Shown in pieces: positions 1-9,800 of a stretch of 55,580 nt of DNA. Numbering within the stretch: position 1 is the first letter of the stretch; each line of letters begins with the position of its first letter. The stretch is from the NCBI GenBank assembly GCA_034722055.1, contig JAYENL010000308.1, positions 1-55,580 on the forward strand, written 5' to 3'. The notes beneath the pieces are model-generated. The model was not told the DNA's origin. It did not search any database and saw nothing but the letters and a program-made list of their open reading frames with translations. The position numbers and the translations under genes are program-made. Source of the DNA: Armatimonadota bacterium. GTDB taxonomy: Bacteria; Armatimonadota; Zipacnadia; Zipacnadales; UBA5352.

Positions 1-1065
1 AGTCGGGTGCATGCCGGACAGGCTTAGCGTGTGTTGCTCGCCGAACCTCAGGCGCCGATTGCGATCCACCAGCCGCGTGATCAGACGCTTCTCCTGCGTC
101 AGAAGCACAGCACGCCCCGACGGTCGCAGCACCCTTGCCAGCTCCCGCACGAAGCCGGGGTAGAGGTGGCGGTTCACCCGATGCGATCCGATGCGCCTGC
201 CCCAGGGAAGGTTGCAGACCGCCCGGCTCACACACCCCGAGCGCAGCGGGAGATGCCTGGCATCCCACTGCAGCAGCGTCGCCCCAACGCCGTCCGCCTG
301 CAGGTTCTCAGCAGCCTTGGCCAGCGGCTCAGCGAAGAGGTCGCCGCCGACCAGCAGCGCCGCCCCGCCGATCCTGGCCCGCTCCAGCAGTATCGTGCCC
401 GCTCCACACATGGGATCCATGAAGAGCTCCCCCGGCTGCGGGTTGGCGAGGCGGCACATGGCCTGCGCCACAGTGGGGTTCAAGGACGCCGCCCCGTGCT
501 CGATCCGCCCTCTCCGGTGCAGCGGCTCCGGCGACAGCCGCAGCCCTACCAGCGCCACGTCATCGGTCAGGTAGACCCGCACGTCATAGTCGTAGTCCTC
601 CAGGTCAACGTCCCAGCCGTATCGCTCCTGCACCCCGGCGCCGGCCGCCGCCGCGACATCCATCGAGGTGTACTCATGCGTTCCGCTGCGCTTGGCGGTG
701 ATACGGAAGGTGGGCCGACCCGCTCGGCCGTGGAGGCGGTGGTAGGTCGCAAGCGCGGAGCCCAGGTCCAGCCCCGCTACTCGCCGGCGGATGACCTCCA
801 GCCCGTCCTCACCGGCGGAGATTCCCTGAAGCTGCTCCACATACGCGAACAGGTTCTCGATGGTCAGCAGATCAAGCCCCGCCGACGGGTCCCCCGGAGC
901 CGCAAAGAACACCTTGCCACGCGACGCGCCCAACACTGTGGCCTGCGGCATTCGCTCCCCAAGCTCGTCCGCCACGATGAACTCCAGCCCGGCGATGAGG
1001 CTGGCGAAGTAGACCGGCTCGCCGGCCGGGGGTCGGAACACGACCGGCGGCTCCTGGATCTGCAT
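1..1065 (-). CDS. THUMP-domain SAM-dependent RNA (guanine-N2) methyltransferase, TrmN/Trm14-like (3' end runs off the window)
   Basis: Not in the ORF track because it has no stop in the window. ATG at 1065 overlaps the tgt stop (TGATG). Manual translation gives MQIQEPPVVF..., THUMP-like 'TFRITAKRSGTHEYTSMDVA', SAM motif 'FMDPMCGAGTI' and 'NLPWGRR' (NPPY-like). Confidence 0.85.
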   Translation of the reverse strand, partial: MQIQEPPVVFRPPAGEPVYFASLIAGLEFIVADELGERMPQATVLGASRGKVFFAAPGDPSAGLDLLTIENLFAYVEQLQGISAGEDGLEVIRRRVAGLDLGSALATYHRLHGRAGRPTFRITAKRSGTHEYTSMDVAAAAGAGVQERYGWDVDLEDYDYDVRVYLTDDVALVGLRLSPEPLHRRGRIEHGAASLNPTVAQAMCRLANPQPGELFMDPMCGAGTILLERARIGGAALLVGGDLFAEPLAKAAENLQADGVGATLLQWDARHLPLRSGCVSRAVCNLPWGRRIGSHRVNRHLYPGFVRELARVLRPSGRAVLLTQEKRLITRLVDRNRRLRFGEQHTLSLSGMHPT

Positions 1066-2180
1066 CAGGACCGGTCCCTCTCGCTCCAGGCGCTCACCTC
1101 GCGCCTCAGCTCCCGCAGCGCATCAGCACTGAGGGCCTCGCGCACCCGCTCCAGGAGCTGGGTGTAGAAGCGCAGGTTGTGCAGGCTCAGAAGCTGCCAG
1201 ACCAGGGGCTCCTCGACTCGGAAGAGGTGGCGGAGGTAGGCGCGGGAGAAGCCGCCCGCACACGCGGGGCAGTCGCAATGCTCCGAGAGCGGCCTGGTGT
1301 CGGTCTCGTTGTCCGCACCCGGAATGCGGATAGGCCCCTCCCAGGTCATCACGCTGCCGTGACGTGCGTTGCGCGTGGGCAGGACGCAGTCGAACAGGTC
1401 CACGCCCTCTGCGGCGCAGTCCACAATGTCCAGGGGAGTTCCCACGCCCATCAGATGCACGGGGCGCTCGGGGGGCAGCGCCGCAATGGCGGCCCTCAGC
1501 GCCGTCAGCATCTCCTCCCGCCCCTCACCCACCGAGAGCCCGCCGATGCCGAAGCCCGGGAATCCCATCGCCGCCGTCTCCCGGGCGCTTCGCTGCCGCA
1601 GGTCCTCGTAGACGCCGCCCTGCACGATGCCGAAGAGCTGCTGATGCTCATGATCGTGAGCCGTCAGCGATCTCTCGGCCCAGCGCAGCGTGCGCTCCAG
1701 CGATCGCTCCACGTACTGTCGGTCGGCCGGGAAGGGGCAGCACTCGTCCAGTGCCATGGCGATATCGCTGTCCAGCCTCTGCTGGATCCGCACGGACAGC
1801 TCCGGCGTCAGCACGATCTCCCTGCCGTCCACCGGGGACTGGAAGGTGACGCCCTTTTCCGCGATGTCGTTGTTCTGGGCGAGAGAGAAGACCTGGAAGC
1901 CGCCGCTGTCCGTCATGATCGGCCGCTCCCAGTGCATGAATCCGTGCAATCCCCCACAGGCCGCCACCACATCCGCTCCGGGGCGCAGGTGCAGGTGATA
2001 GGCGTTGGCGACGATGATCTGCACTCCGATATCGGCGACCGCTGCCGGTGAGCAGGCCCGCACCGCCGCCCGGCTGGCACAGGGCATGTAAGCCGGCGTG
2101 AGCACCTCGCCGTGACGCAGCTCGAGCCGGCCGGTCCGGGCCGCTCCGCCGCTGTCGGCATGCTGTATCTCGAACCTCAC
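1065..2180 (-). CDS. tgt: tRNA-guanine transglycosylase (queuine tRNA-ribosyltransferase)
   Basis: Motifs DSGGFQVFSL, ALDEC, GIVQGG, GGLSVGE, HLMGVG, FDCVLPTRNARHG and the Zn site CDCPAC...HN; adjacent to queA. Confidence 0.96.
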   Translation of the reverse strand: MRFEIQHADSGGAARTGRLELRHGEVLTPAYMPCASRAAVRACSPAAVADIGVQIIVANAYHLHLRPGADVVAACGGLHGFMHWERPIMTDSGGFQVFSLAQNNDIAEKGVTFQSPVDGREIVLTPELSVRIQQRLDSDIAMALDECCPFPADRQYVERSLERTLRWAERSLTAHDHEHQQLFGIVQGGVYEDLRQRSARETAAMGFPGFGIGGLSVGEGREEMLTALRAAIAALPPERPVHLMGVGTPLDIVDCAAEGVDLFDCVLPTRNARHGSVMTWEGPIRIPGADNETDTRPLSEHCDCPACAGGFSRAYLRHLFRVEEPLVWQLLSLHNLRFYTQLLERVREALSADALRELRREVSAWSERDRS

Positions 2181-2192
2181 ATGTGGTCACTC

Positions 2193-3212
2193 TCAATGGA
2201 TGAACATGGCGTCCCCGTAGCTGTAGAATCTGTAGCCTCGTTCCAGCGCCTCCTGATAGGCTGCCATGATGCTCTCCCGGCTGGCGAAGGCGGAGACCAT
2301 CATCAGAAGCGTGGAACGAGGGAGGTGGAAGTTGGTCAGCATCGCCTCCACGGCTCGGAATCGGTAGCCGGGGTAGATGAACAGCTCGGTGCGTCCGGAG
2401 CCGGGGCGGATCACGCCGGCCTGGTCGGCGACTGTCTCCAGGGCGCGCGTCACCGTCGTTCCCGCGGCCACCAGGCGCCCCTCACGGGAGTTGATCGCCT
2501 GGGCAGCCTCCCCCGGAACCTGGAACTGCTCCGCGTACATGGTATGCTCCTCGACCCGCTCGGCTCGGACCGGCTGGAAGGTCCCCAGCCCCACATGAAG
2601 CGTCACCGTCGCCACGCACACGCCCCGCTCACGAATACGCTCCAGAAGCCCCTCTGTGAAGTGCAGGCCGGCCGTGGGAGCCGCCACCGCGCCCGGCCGA
2701 CGAGCGTAGACCGTCTGGTAGCGGCGCCTGTCGCTCTCCTCCACCTCGCGGTCGATGTACGGGGGCAGGGGCGGCACACCGATCTCCTCCAACAGTGGCA
2801 GCAGCTCGCCCTCGTGGTGAAGCTCCACCACCCGGACGCCGTCCTCCTCCCGGTCAACGACCGTTGCGGTCAGCCGTCCCTCGCCGAATCGCGCCGTCCG
2901 ACCCGGCCGCAGTGCCCGGCCCGGCCGCCCCATTGCCCGCCAGCGCCCCTCCCCGACAGGCTCCAGCAGCAGGAGCTCAACGCGTCCGCCCGTGGGGCGT
3001 CGCCCGATCAGCCGCGCGGGAATCACTCTGGTGTCATTGAGCACCAAGACATCCCCGGGGCGCAGGAGGTTGGCGATCTCCGGAAAGCGCCGATGGGTGA
3101 CCTCGCCGGTGATGGGGCGGAGCTCCAGCAGGCGCGAGGCGTCACGGCGCTCGGTCGGGTGCTGCGCGATTCTGTCGGGAGGAAGCTCGTAGTCGAAATC
3201 GCTCAGTCTCAC
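2193..3212 (-). CDS. queA: S-adenosylmethionine:tRNA ribosyltransferase-isomerase
   Basis: Motifs SDFDYELP..IAQHP, NDTRVIPARL, PLPPYI, YQTVYA, AAPTAGLHF, LHVGLGTF, TNFHLPRSTL, YRFYSYGDAM. Start moved to GTG at 3212. Confidence 0.97.
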   Translation of the reverse strand: MRLSDFDYELPPDRIAQHPTERRDASRLLELRPITGEVTHRRFPEIANLLRPGDVLVLNDTRVIPARLIGRRPTGGRVELLLLEPVGEGRWRAMGRPGRALRPGRTARFGEGRLTATVVDREEDGVRVVELHHEGELLPLLEEIGVPPLPPYIDREVEESDRRRYQTVYARRPGAVAAPTAGLHFTEGLLERIRERGVCVATVTLHVGLGTFQPVRAERVEEHTMYAEQFQVPGEAAQAINSREGRLVAAGTTVTRALETVADQAGVIRPGSGRTELFIYPGYRFRAVEAMLTNFHLPRSTLLMMVSAFASRESIMAAYQEALERGYRFYSYGDAMFIH

Positions 3213-3231
3213 AGAGGCCACCAGGGGAGAG

Positions 3232-3257
3232 CTTCGCGTCCTACCGCCGCTCGACCT
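3232..3257 (-). promoter_or_regulatory. AGG-N18-GAA promoter-like motif upstream of queA
   Basis: Minus strand reads gcAGGT-cgagcggcggtaggacgc-GAAG. Confidence 0.55.
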
Positions 3258-3405
3258 GCCCTGCCGGTTCCCATCGACAGGCCCCTGGCTCCGGAACTTG
3301 CGGAGGCTGCGAAGGCGTTGTATTGGTTGCAGCGTCCCGGCAGGGAGGCGCAGATGTGCGCTGCCGGGGTCTGATGACGCCATTATTCGAGAGGACGGCG
3401 CTCGC

Positions 3406-4920
3406 ATGAGACTGAGAGCGATGCTCCCCGGGCTGGCGGTTGCTGCCGCTGTGGGCATCTGGGTGCTTCCCGGCTGCCAGCAGAAGCAGCAGCACACGGA
3501 GCCGCCTGCTCAGGCGGTTGAGGAGCCCACGACGATGTCCGAGCTGCCATCTGCGGCCGAGCTCGGTCCCGAGGAGGAGCCCGGGCTTCCGGACCTGGAG
3601 CCGGGAGAGGAGCCTGAGACCGAGGGCGGGCCCCTGGCCGGGGGTGAGCCGCCCGCAGGGGAGCTGTCCATCGATCCCGACCGCGAGTACGACAGCCGTG
3701 ATCTCGACAGGCTTCGGGGAGTGCTGGTCTCTGCGGAGGGCGAGTATCAGGCCAAGGCCCGCCGGCTGCTGGAGGAGCTTCTGCTGCACAGCAACGTCGC
3801 CAGCACGCGCCAGATGGCAGCCACGATCCTTGGGGCGGCGCCGGAGGAGTCGGTTGAGGCCCTCACTCGGGCCGCTCTCAACGATCCGGAGTCGGACGTC
3901 CGCGCTGCGGCCGTTGCGTCGCTGGGCGAGGCGCGGCGCTCCCCGGAGCTGATGGAGGCACTTGCTCGGCTCCAGGAGGCTCAGGACGCCAGGATCCGCC
4001 AGGCCGCGATAATGTCCGAGATATCGCTGCGGCTGAAGGACAAGGTGACCCGCGAGGACCATGTCTGGATCGAGCGGCTACTGGGTCGCAGGAAGGACGA
4101 CGCCTCCGCCCAGCTCCAGATTCAGCTCGTGCAGCGCGGGGCCAAGTCGCTGCCCCCGCTCTTCGAGGTACTAGAAAGCTCACCCAACCCGGTCGCCAGA
4201 CAGGCGGCGGGCTGCTGCATATCCCTCATCTGCGCGGGCACCAACGAGAGACAGCAGGAGTTCGCGGAACTGGCCCACACGGTCAAGAAGGAGGTCATCC
4301 GGGAGCCTGAGCCCGCTATCCTGGATGGAGTCAAGCCGCTGGAGCGCGCGCTCGACACCGACGCCGATCCGATCGTTCGTGCCATGGCCGCTCAGGGCCT
4401 CGGCTACCTGGGGCAGGAGAGCTCTGCACCTCTGCTGGGTGAGGCCCTCCACGATGACAACGAGGAGGTCCGCTGGTGGGCGGCGCTGGCCCTGGTTACG
4501 GTTCCCGCGGAGGCTGCTGTAGAGGACCTCGCCGAGGCGGCCACCAAGGATCCCTCGATGCGCGTAAGAGAGGCCGCCGTGCGGGCCCTGGGCTGGGTGG
4601 AGGACGAGCGGGTCGTGATGCCCCTGATCCGCGCGACCGCCGACGACGCCTCCCGCGTTCGGCAGGCGGCCGCCAGCGAGCTGAGCCGGGTCCGAAGCGA
4701 TGTGGCGCTGCAGGCCCTGTTGACGCTGTTCGATGATCCCAACGAGGATGTCCGCTGGGCCGCCGTCCTGGCCGTTGGGAAGCTGCGCAATCCCGAGTCC
4801 ACTTCAGCCCTTGCCAAGGCCATGCGCGACCCCAGCCCCATGGTGGCCAACGCCGCCGAACGCGCCCTCCAGCGCATGGGCGTCGCCGAGAGGCGGTTCG
4901 GAACCCGTGAGGAGATGTAA
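3406..4920 (+). CDS. HEAT-repeat (PBS-lyase-like) lipoprotein
   Basis: GAGGA RBS then ATG at 3406. Signal peptide with lipobox LPG-C, an acidic Pro/Glu-rich linker, then many D..VR..AA.ALG repeats. Confidence 0.85.
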   Translation: MRLRAMLPGLAVAAAVGIWVLPGCQQKQQHTEPPAQAVEEPTTMSELPSAAELGPEEEPGLPDLEPGEEPETEGGPLAGGEPPAGELSIDPDREYDSRDLDRLRGVLVSAEGEYQAKARRLLEELLLHSNVASTRQMAATILGAAPEESVEALTRAALNDPESDVRAAAVASLGEARRSPELMEALARLQEAQDARIRQAAIMSEISLRLKDKVTREDHVWIERLLGRRKDDASAQLQIQLVQRGAKSLPPLFEVLESSPNPVARQAAGCCISLICAGTNERQQEFAELAHTVKKEVIREPEPAILDGVKPLERALDTDADPIVRAMAAQGLGYLGQESSAPLLGEALHDDNEEVRWWAALALVTVPAEAAVEDLAEAATKDPSMRVREAAVRALGWVEDERVVMPLIRATADDASRVRQAAASELSRVRSDVALQALLTLFDDPNEDVRWAAVLAVGKLRNPESTSALAKAMRDPSPMVANAAERALQRMGVAERRFGTREEM

Positions 4921-4921
4921 C

Positions 4922-4973
4922 GCGCCGCGGACCCGTCCCGGTCTGCACAGGCCGCGGCGCCTCCAGGCGCCGC
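4922..4973. terminator. GC-rich inverted repeats between convergent genes (possible terminator, no U-tract)
   Basis: gcgccgcgg (4922-4930) pairs with ccgcggcgc (4952-4960); an alternative stem is gcggcgcct-cc-aggcgccgc (4954-4973). Confidence 0.3.
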
Positions 4974-5006
4974 CGCTCTCACACTTCAGAGCCGTGTGAC
5001 CTCCGA

Positions 5007-6110
5007 TTAGGCCCGATGCGTGAGCATCTCGTGGGCGTTCTCCAGCAGCTCCGGGATCTCCAGACCCACCGGGCACTTCTCGAGGCACTCGCCGCATGCG
5101 ACGCAGGCGTCGGCCTGCACCTGCAGCGATTCGTACAACTCATAGCCCATGTGCTCGAGGTTATCGGGGTAGCTCTCGACCATCTGCGCCGCTCTGAAGA
5201 TCTCGGGAATGGGGACTCCCTCGGGGCACGGCTGGCAGTACCCGCACCGCAGGCAGCGTTGCTCGTAGCGGTAGGATATGCCCCTGTCCGCGATGCGCCG
5301 CAACAGCTCGTCACGCTCCTCGTCGGACAGCGGGACGAAGGGATCCATCAGGGCCGCGTTCTCCTCCACCTCGTGGACCGCCTGCATGCCCGGGATGACC
5401 ACGTCCACGTTGGGGTCGCTGAGCACCCAGCGCAGCGTCCCGGCCACGATGGCGTCGGGTCCGCCCAGCCCCTCCTGGCGGGCGTCCTTGGGGTAGGCTA
5501 TCTTCCCGCCGGAGAGGGCCTTCATGACGATCGTGCCCATGTCGTGCTCCTTCGCCAGCTCGAAGATGCCCGCGTCACCCACGCTCTCGCTGTCCAGCGG
5601 GTTGTAGCAGAGCATGATGGTCTCGAACTCACCGCACTCAATGGCCTTGCGCATCACGTCCAGCGCGCGGTGAATAGTGATGCTGACGTGGCCGACCGTG
5701 CCCTCGTCCTCAGCCTTTCGGGCAGCCTCCAGCGCTCCGCCGGGGCCCATGACCTTCTGCCAGTTCTCCTCGTTGCTCACCGTGTGGAGCTGCCAGACGT
5801 CGATGTAATCCATCTGCAGCTCGGAGAGGCTGGTCTCCAGGTCTCGCATGGCCCCATCGTAGTCTCGCGAGCTGGTCTTGGTGGCGAGGTAGAACTGGTC
5901 GCGGCGGTCGCCCAGCGCCATGCCGATCTTGTGCTCGCTGTCGCGGTAGTTGCGGGCGGTATCGATGTAGTTGATGCCGAGGTCCAGCGCCCGATTGAGG
6001 CACGCTGCGGCCTCGTCCTCCGATATGTGGGGAAGCTTGATGGCCCCGAAGCTGATCGGGGTCACTTCGAGTTCCGTCCTGCCCAGTCGCACATGCTCCA
6101 CTTGTTTCAC
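5007..6110 (-). CDS. Aldo/keto reductase with C-terminal 4Fe-4S dicluster domain
   Basis: Motifs LGRTELEV, GINYIDTARNY, LATK, DYIDVWQLH; C-terminal CLRCGYCQPCP and CVACGECLEKCP. Confidence 0.92.
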   Translation of the reverse strand: MKQVEHVRLGRTELEVTPISFGAIKLPHISEDEAAACLNRALDLGINYIDTARNYRDSEHKIGMALGDRRDQFYLATKTSSRDYDGAMRDLETSLSELQMDYIDVWQLHTVSNEENWQKVMGPGGALEAARKAEDEGTVGHVSITIHRALDVMRKAIECGEFETIMLCYNPLDSESVGDAGIFELAKEHDMGTIVMKALSGGKIAYPKDARQEGLGGPDAIVAGTLRWVLSDPNVDVVIPGMQAVHEVEENAALMDPFVPLSDEERDELLRRIADRGISYRYEQRCLRCGYCQPCPEGVPIPEIFRAAQMVESYPDNLEHMGYELYESLQVQADACVACGECLEKCPVGLEIPELLENAHEMLTHRA

Positions 6111-6176
6111 GCCTCTCTGCAGAGGTCTCCGGGGCGGTTCCCGGAGCTGTCACGTCGAGGTGTGCTGTAGAACACT

Positions 6177-6201
6177 TTTCGTGCCACCGGCGCCGAGTCC
6201 T
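6177..6201 (-). promoter_or_regulatory. AGG-N17-GAA promoter-like motif upstream of the Fe-S aldo/keto reductase
   Basis: Minus strand reads gcAGGA-ctcggcgccggtggcac-GAAA. Confidence 0.55.
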
Positions 6202-6210
6202 GCCTTACAC

Positions 6211-6882
6211 TCAGTCGCCGCGGGGGCCGTGTTCGAGGAGCGCCCAGGTGCTGGGATCCCGGGCGTAGGGGAAGTCCTTGGCGGTCCCCCAGTACTGGGT
6301 GCCGCGCTGAATGTCGGTGACGACCGCCGCCATACCGATCCGCAGCCCCTCGGCGGGCTCGTATCCGTGCAGGGAATCCGGCGGGAGAGCAAGCTCGAGG
6401 GCGTAGCCGTCATCGCGCAGGTCCGCGGCCAGGCGAATGGCGTCGAAGTCGGCCTGGGGAGACCGCTGGAGCGCGCGCCGCAGCGGCTCCTGCCAGATCA
6501 GGGGATCTCCCCCACCGGCGCCGGGGCTGGTTGCCAGCACAATGAGGTGGTAGCAGAACTGGGTGGCGCGGTGGCTGGTCTGGGCGCCGCGGGTGTCGAT
6601 GAAGAGCTGAAGGGCGTCACCCGTGCCGGGGTTCTCGCGATTCGTTACCACCGGCTCCTGCTTGGGGACGTCCAGCCCCAGGTAGAGGCCGCGATCATTC
6701 CACGCGGCGTACAGCGCCGCGTACTGCTCCTCGCCTGACAGCTCGCCCAGCGGCGGCATGAGGCTGTCGTCGTCCCACTCGCCCAGGCTGCCGTCAACCC
6801 GCGGCGAGCGCGAGCGCCAGGGCGCGACCGCCACGGGCTGAAACAGCGCGGCCGGGGGGAACTCATAGTCGGCTCCGCTCAT
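6211..6882 (-). CDS. Cytoplasmic CBM9/DOMON-like beta-sandwich protein
   Basis: Motifs PRVDGSLGEW, YAAWNDRGLYL, GDALQLFID, GYALELALP. No signal peptide. Start overlaps the uvrA stop (ATGA). Confidence 0.7.
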   Translation of the reverse strand: MSGADYEFPPAALFQPVAVAPWRSRSPRVDGSLGEWDDDSLMPPLGELSGEEQYAALYAAWNDRGLYLGLDVPKQEPVVTNRENPGTGDALQLFIDTRGAQTSHRATQFCYHLIVLATSPGAGGGDPLIWQEPLRRALQRSPQADFDAIRLAADLRDDGYALELALPPDSLHGYEPAEGLRIGMAAVVTDIQRGTQYWGTAKDFPYARDPSTWALLEHGPRGD

Positions 6883-9800
6883 TCCGCCGCCACCGCCGCC
6901 GTCTCCGCGGCCAAAGCCCGGCGCACCATCTCCTGGAACGCCTGGCTGCGGACCTCGTCCTCGTAGAAGCCCCAGATGGTGATGAGGTCGTAGTCGCGGG
7001 AGCGCGTCTGCAGCCGCACCCGCGGCCGCTTCCCGTACCGCTGAACCTCCTCCAGCTCATTCCACGTCGGGAGGGCCAGCTCACGCTCCAGGCCCGCCTG
7101 GTCGAAAAGCCCCTTGGGCGCCCGAATCTGCAGGCGCACATCTGCGGGGCGATCAGTCCGTGCCCGGGCGGCCCAGTCGTCGCCATCCTCGGGGCAGAGC
7201 GTGACGTAGCGGCGATCCGCCCAGTCCGCGTCATCGAGGCCCATCGCCCGGCACGCCAGCTCAACGAATGCCGTCAGCGCACCGGCCTCCCACTCCCGGC
7301 GCTCGCCCGCCGGCGTGGTCTCGCCCAGGTGCCAGGCGCGGCCATCGCACTCCCAGGGACGCTCGGCGCCCTCGGCGAGAGCGTCGAGCGCCTCCCTGTG
7401 CGCCCGACGCCCCGGCGGGCCGGAGACGGCCTCCCAGCTCAGCTTCTCCCTCCGAGCGCGCTGCAGAGCGTGGGCCAGGAACGGCGCCGTGGCGGACGCC
7501 TGCGCTTCCGCTACGTCCTCCGGAGTGCCGCTCGCCACGACTCTGCCGCCGTTTTCGCCGCCGCCGGGGCCCAGGTCGATGACCCAATCGGCGCACTTGA
7601 TGACGTCCAGATTGTGCTCGATGATAATGACGGTATTGTCGGCCGCCACCAGCCGCTGCAGGACCTCCATGAGGTTGAGGATGTCCGCGCAGTGCAGTCC
7701 CGTGGTGGGCTCGTCGAGCAGGTAGACCACGTGCCCGCGGGCCGGCCGCGCCAGCTCCCGGGCCAGCCTGACCCGCTGGGCTTCCCCGCCCGACAGCATC
7801 GGCGCCGGCTGCCCCAGCGGCAGGTACTGCAGGCCGACGTCCGCCATGGTCTGCAGGATGTGGCGGATGCGGGGGAAGCTCTCGAAGTGCCCCAGCGCCT
7901 CCCCGACGGTCATCTCCAGCACGTCGGCGATGCTCTTGCCGCGGTACTTCACGTCCAGCGTCTCGCGGTTGTAGCGCGTCCCACCGCACTCCTCGCACTG
8001 CACCCAGACGTCGGGGAGGAAGTGCATCTCGATCAGCCGGCGGCCCATGCCCTCACAGGCCTCGCAGCGGCCGCCCTCTTTGTTGAAGCTGAAGCGCTCC
8101 GGGCCGTAGCCGCGCACCATGGCCTCCGGAAGCATGGAGTAAAGCTCGCGGATAAGGTCGAAAAGGCCGGTGTAGGTGGCGGGGATGGAGCGGGGCGTCT
8201 GGCCGATAGGCGCCTGATCGATGTTGATGACCTTGTCCACCTGGTCCAGGCCGAGGATCCGGCGGTGCGGCCCCCCCACCTCCTGCGCCCCGTGCAGATG
8301 ATAGGCCAGCTCCGGGTAGAGGATCTCATTGACCAGCGACGACTTCCCCGACCCGGAGGGGCCGGTGACACAGGTAAGGACGCCGAGCGGGAAGTGGGCG
8401 TCGATGTCCTTCAGGTTGTGGTGGCTTGCCCCGATGACGCTCAGCCAGCCGGCGGCGGGATCGCTGTTGCTCGGTGGCGGGGGCAGCTCCCGGCGCTCCG
8501 CAGGCACCGGCACCTGCAGCTCGCCCGCCAGGAGCTGGCCGGTGCGGGAGGTCTTTCGCCGCTGCACCTGCTTGAGGGTGCCGGACGCCACGACTCTGCC
8601 GCCCTCGGGGCCCGATCCGGGGCCAAGGTCAATGAGGTGATCGGCCTCGCGGAGGGTCTGCTCATCGTGCTCCACCACCAGCGCGGTGTTGCCCAGGTCG
8701 CGGAGGTCCTTGAGGGCCTCCAGCATCCGCTCATTGTCGCTGGGATGCACGCCAACGGTGGGTTCGTCCAGCACGTAGAGCACGCCGGTCAGCCCGGAGC
8801 CGATCTGGCCTGCCAGGCGCACTCGCTGGGTCTCGCCGCCCGAGAGCGACGGCGCCGAACGATTCAGCGTCAAGTAGCCCAACCCGATGTTCACCAGCAG
8901 CCGCAGCCGCCGCACGATCTCCTCGAGGATCTCGCCGGCCACCTCCTGCTCGCGGTCAGACAGCTCCAGGCCCGCGAAGAACTCCTCCGCCTCGGTCAGC
9001 GGCAGATCCCCGACTTCGACGATGGACTGTCCGCGAAGCCTCGCCGCGGCGGCCTCGGCGTTCACTCGCCCACCGTGGCAGGCGGGGCAGGGCAGGTCAC
9101 GGAGGATGCGACCCACGCGCTTGCGGAAGCGCGAGCTGAGCCGGCTGGTCTCCTCGATGGATGAGACCAGCCCGCCGAAGCGCACGGTCAGCCGCTGGTC
9201 AACCTCGAACTCCCGATCCCCGGCGCCGTAGAAGATCAGCCGGCGATGCTCCTCGGAGAGCTCCTCGAAGGGCGTGTCCAGGTCGAAGCCGGCGTCCCGG
9301 GCCACCGCCTGCAGCATGCGCTCCAGCAGCGACCCCGGCCGGAGCTCGCCCCAGGGGCTGAGGGCGCCCTCGCGGATGGACAGCGTCGGGTCGGGCACCA
9401 GCGCCCGCGGGTCGGCCCCCCGCCGCGTGCCCAGCCCCTCACACTCCGGGCACCAGCCCTCGCGGTGGTTGAACGAGAAGCTGCGGGGGCTGAGCGGCTC
9501 GTAGGCGGCGCCGCACTGCTCGCAGGAGTGATGCTGCGAAAAGGTCCGCTCGTCGGCTTCGTCGGCGGCCACCGTGAGCCGCCCACCGCTGAGGTCCAGG
9601 GCAGCCTCAACCGCCTCCGCCAGTCGCGATCGGCGGCCGTCGGTGAGGTCGATGCGGTCCACCGCCACCTCCACCGTGTGCCGCCTGCGGCGCTGGATAT
9701 CCTGCTCCACCGGCAGGCGCTCGACCTCGCCGTCGATGCGCACGCGAACCCATCCGGCTCGCTGCAGGCGGTCGAAAAGGTCCGCCCACTCCTCGTTGCC

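Noticed and set aside
31..1167. 378-aa plus-strand ORF, and the many other long antisense ORFs (e.g. 7329-9164, 10200-12218, 13227-15326, 17831-20398)
   Set aside because: These are shadow ORFs opposite recognisable genes, expected at high GC with strong codon bias, and they show no family motifs.
6169..6181. AGAACACTTTTCG as a second LexA box
   Set aside because: The spacer is 3 rather than 4 nt and the right half is mismatched. It is better explained as part of the AGG-N17-GAA motif.
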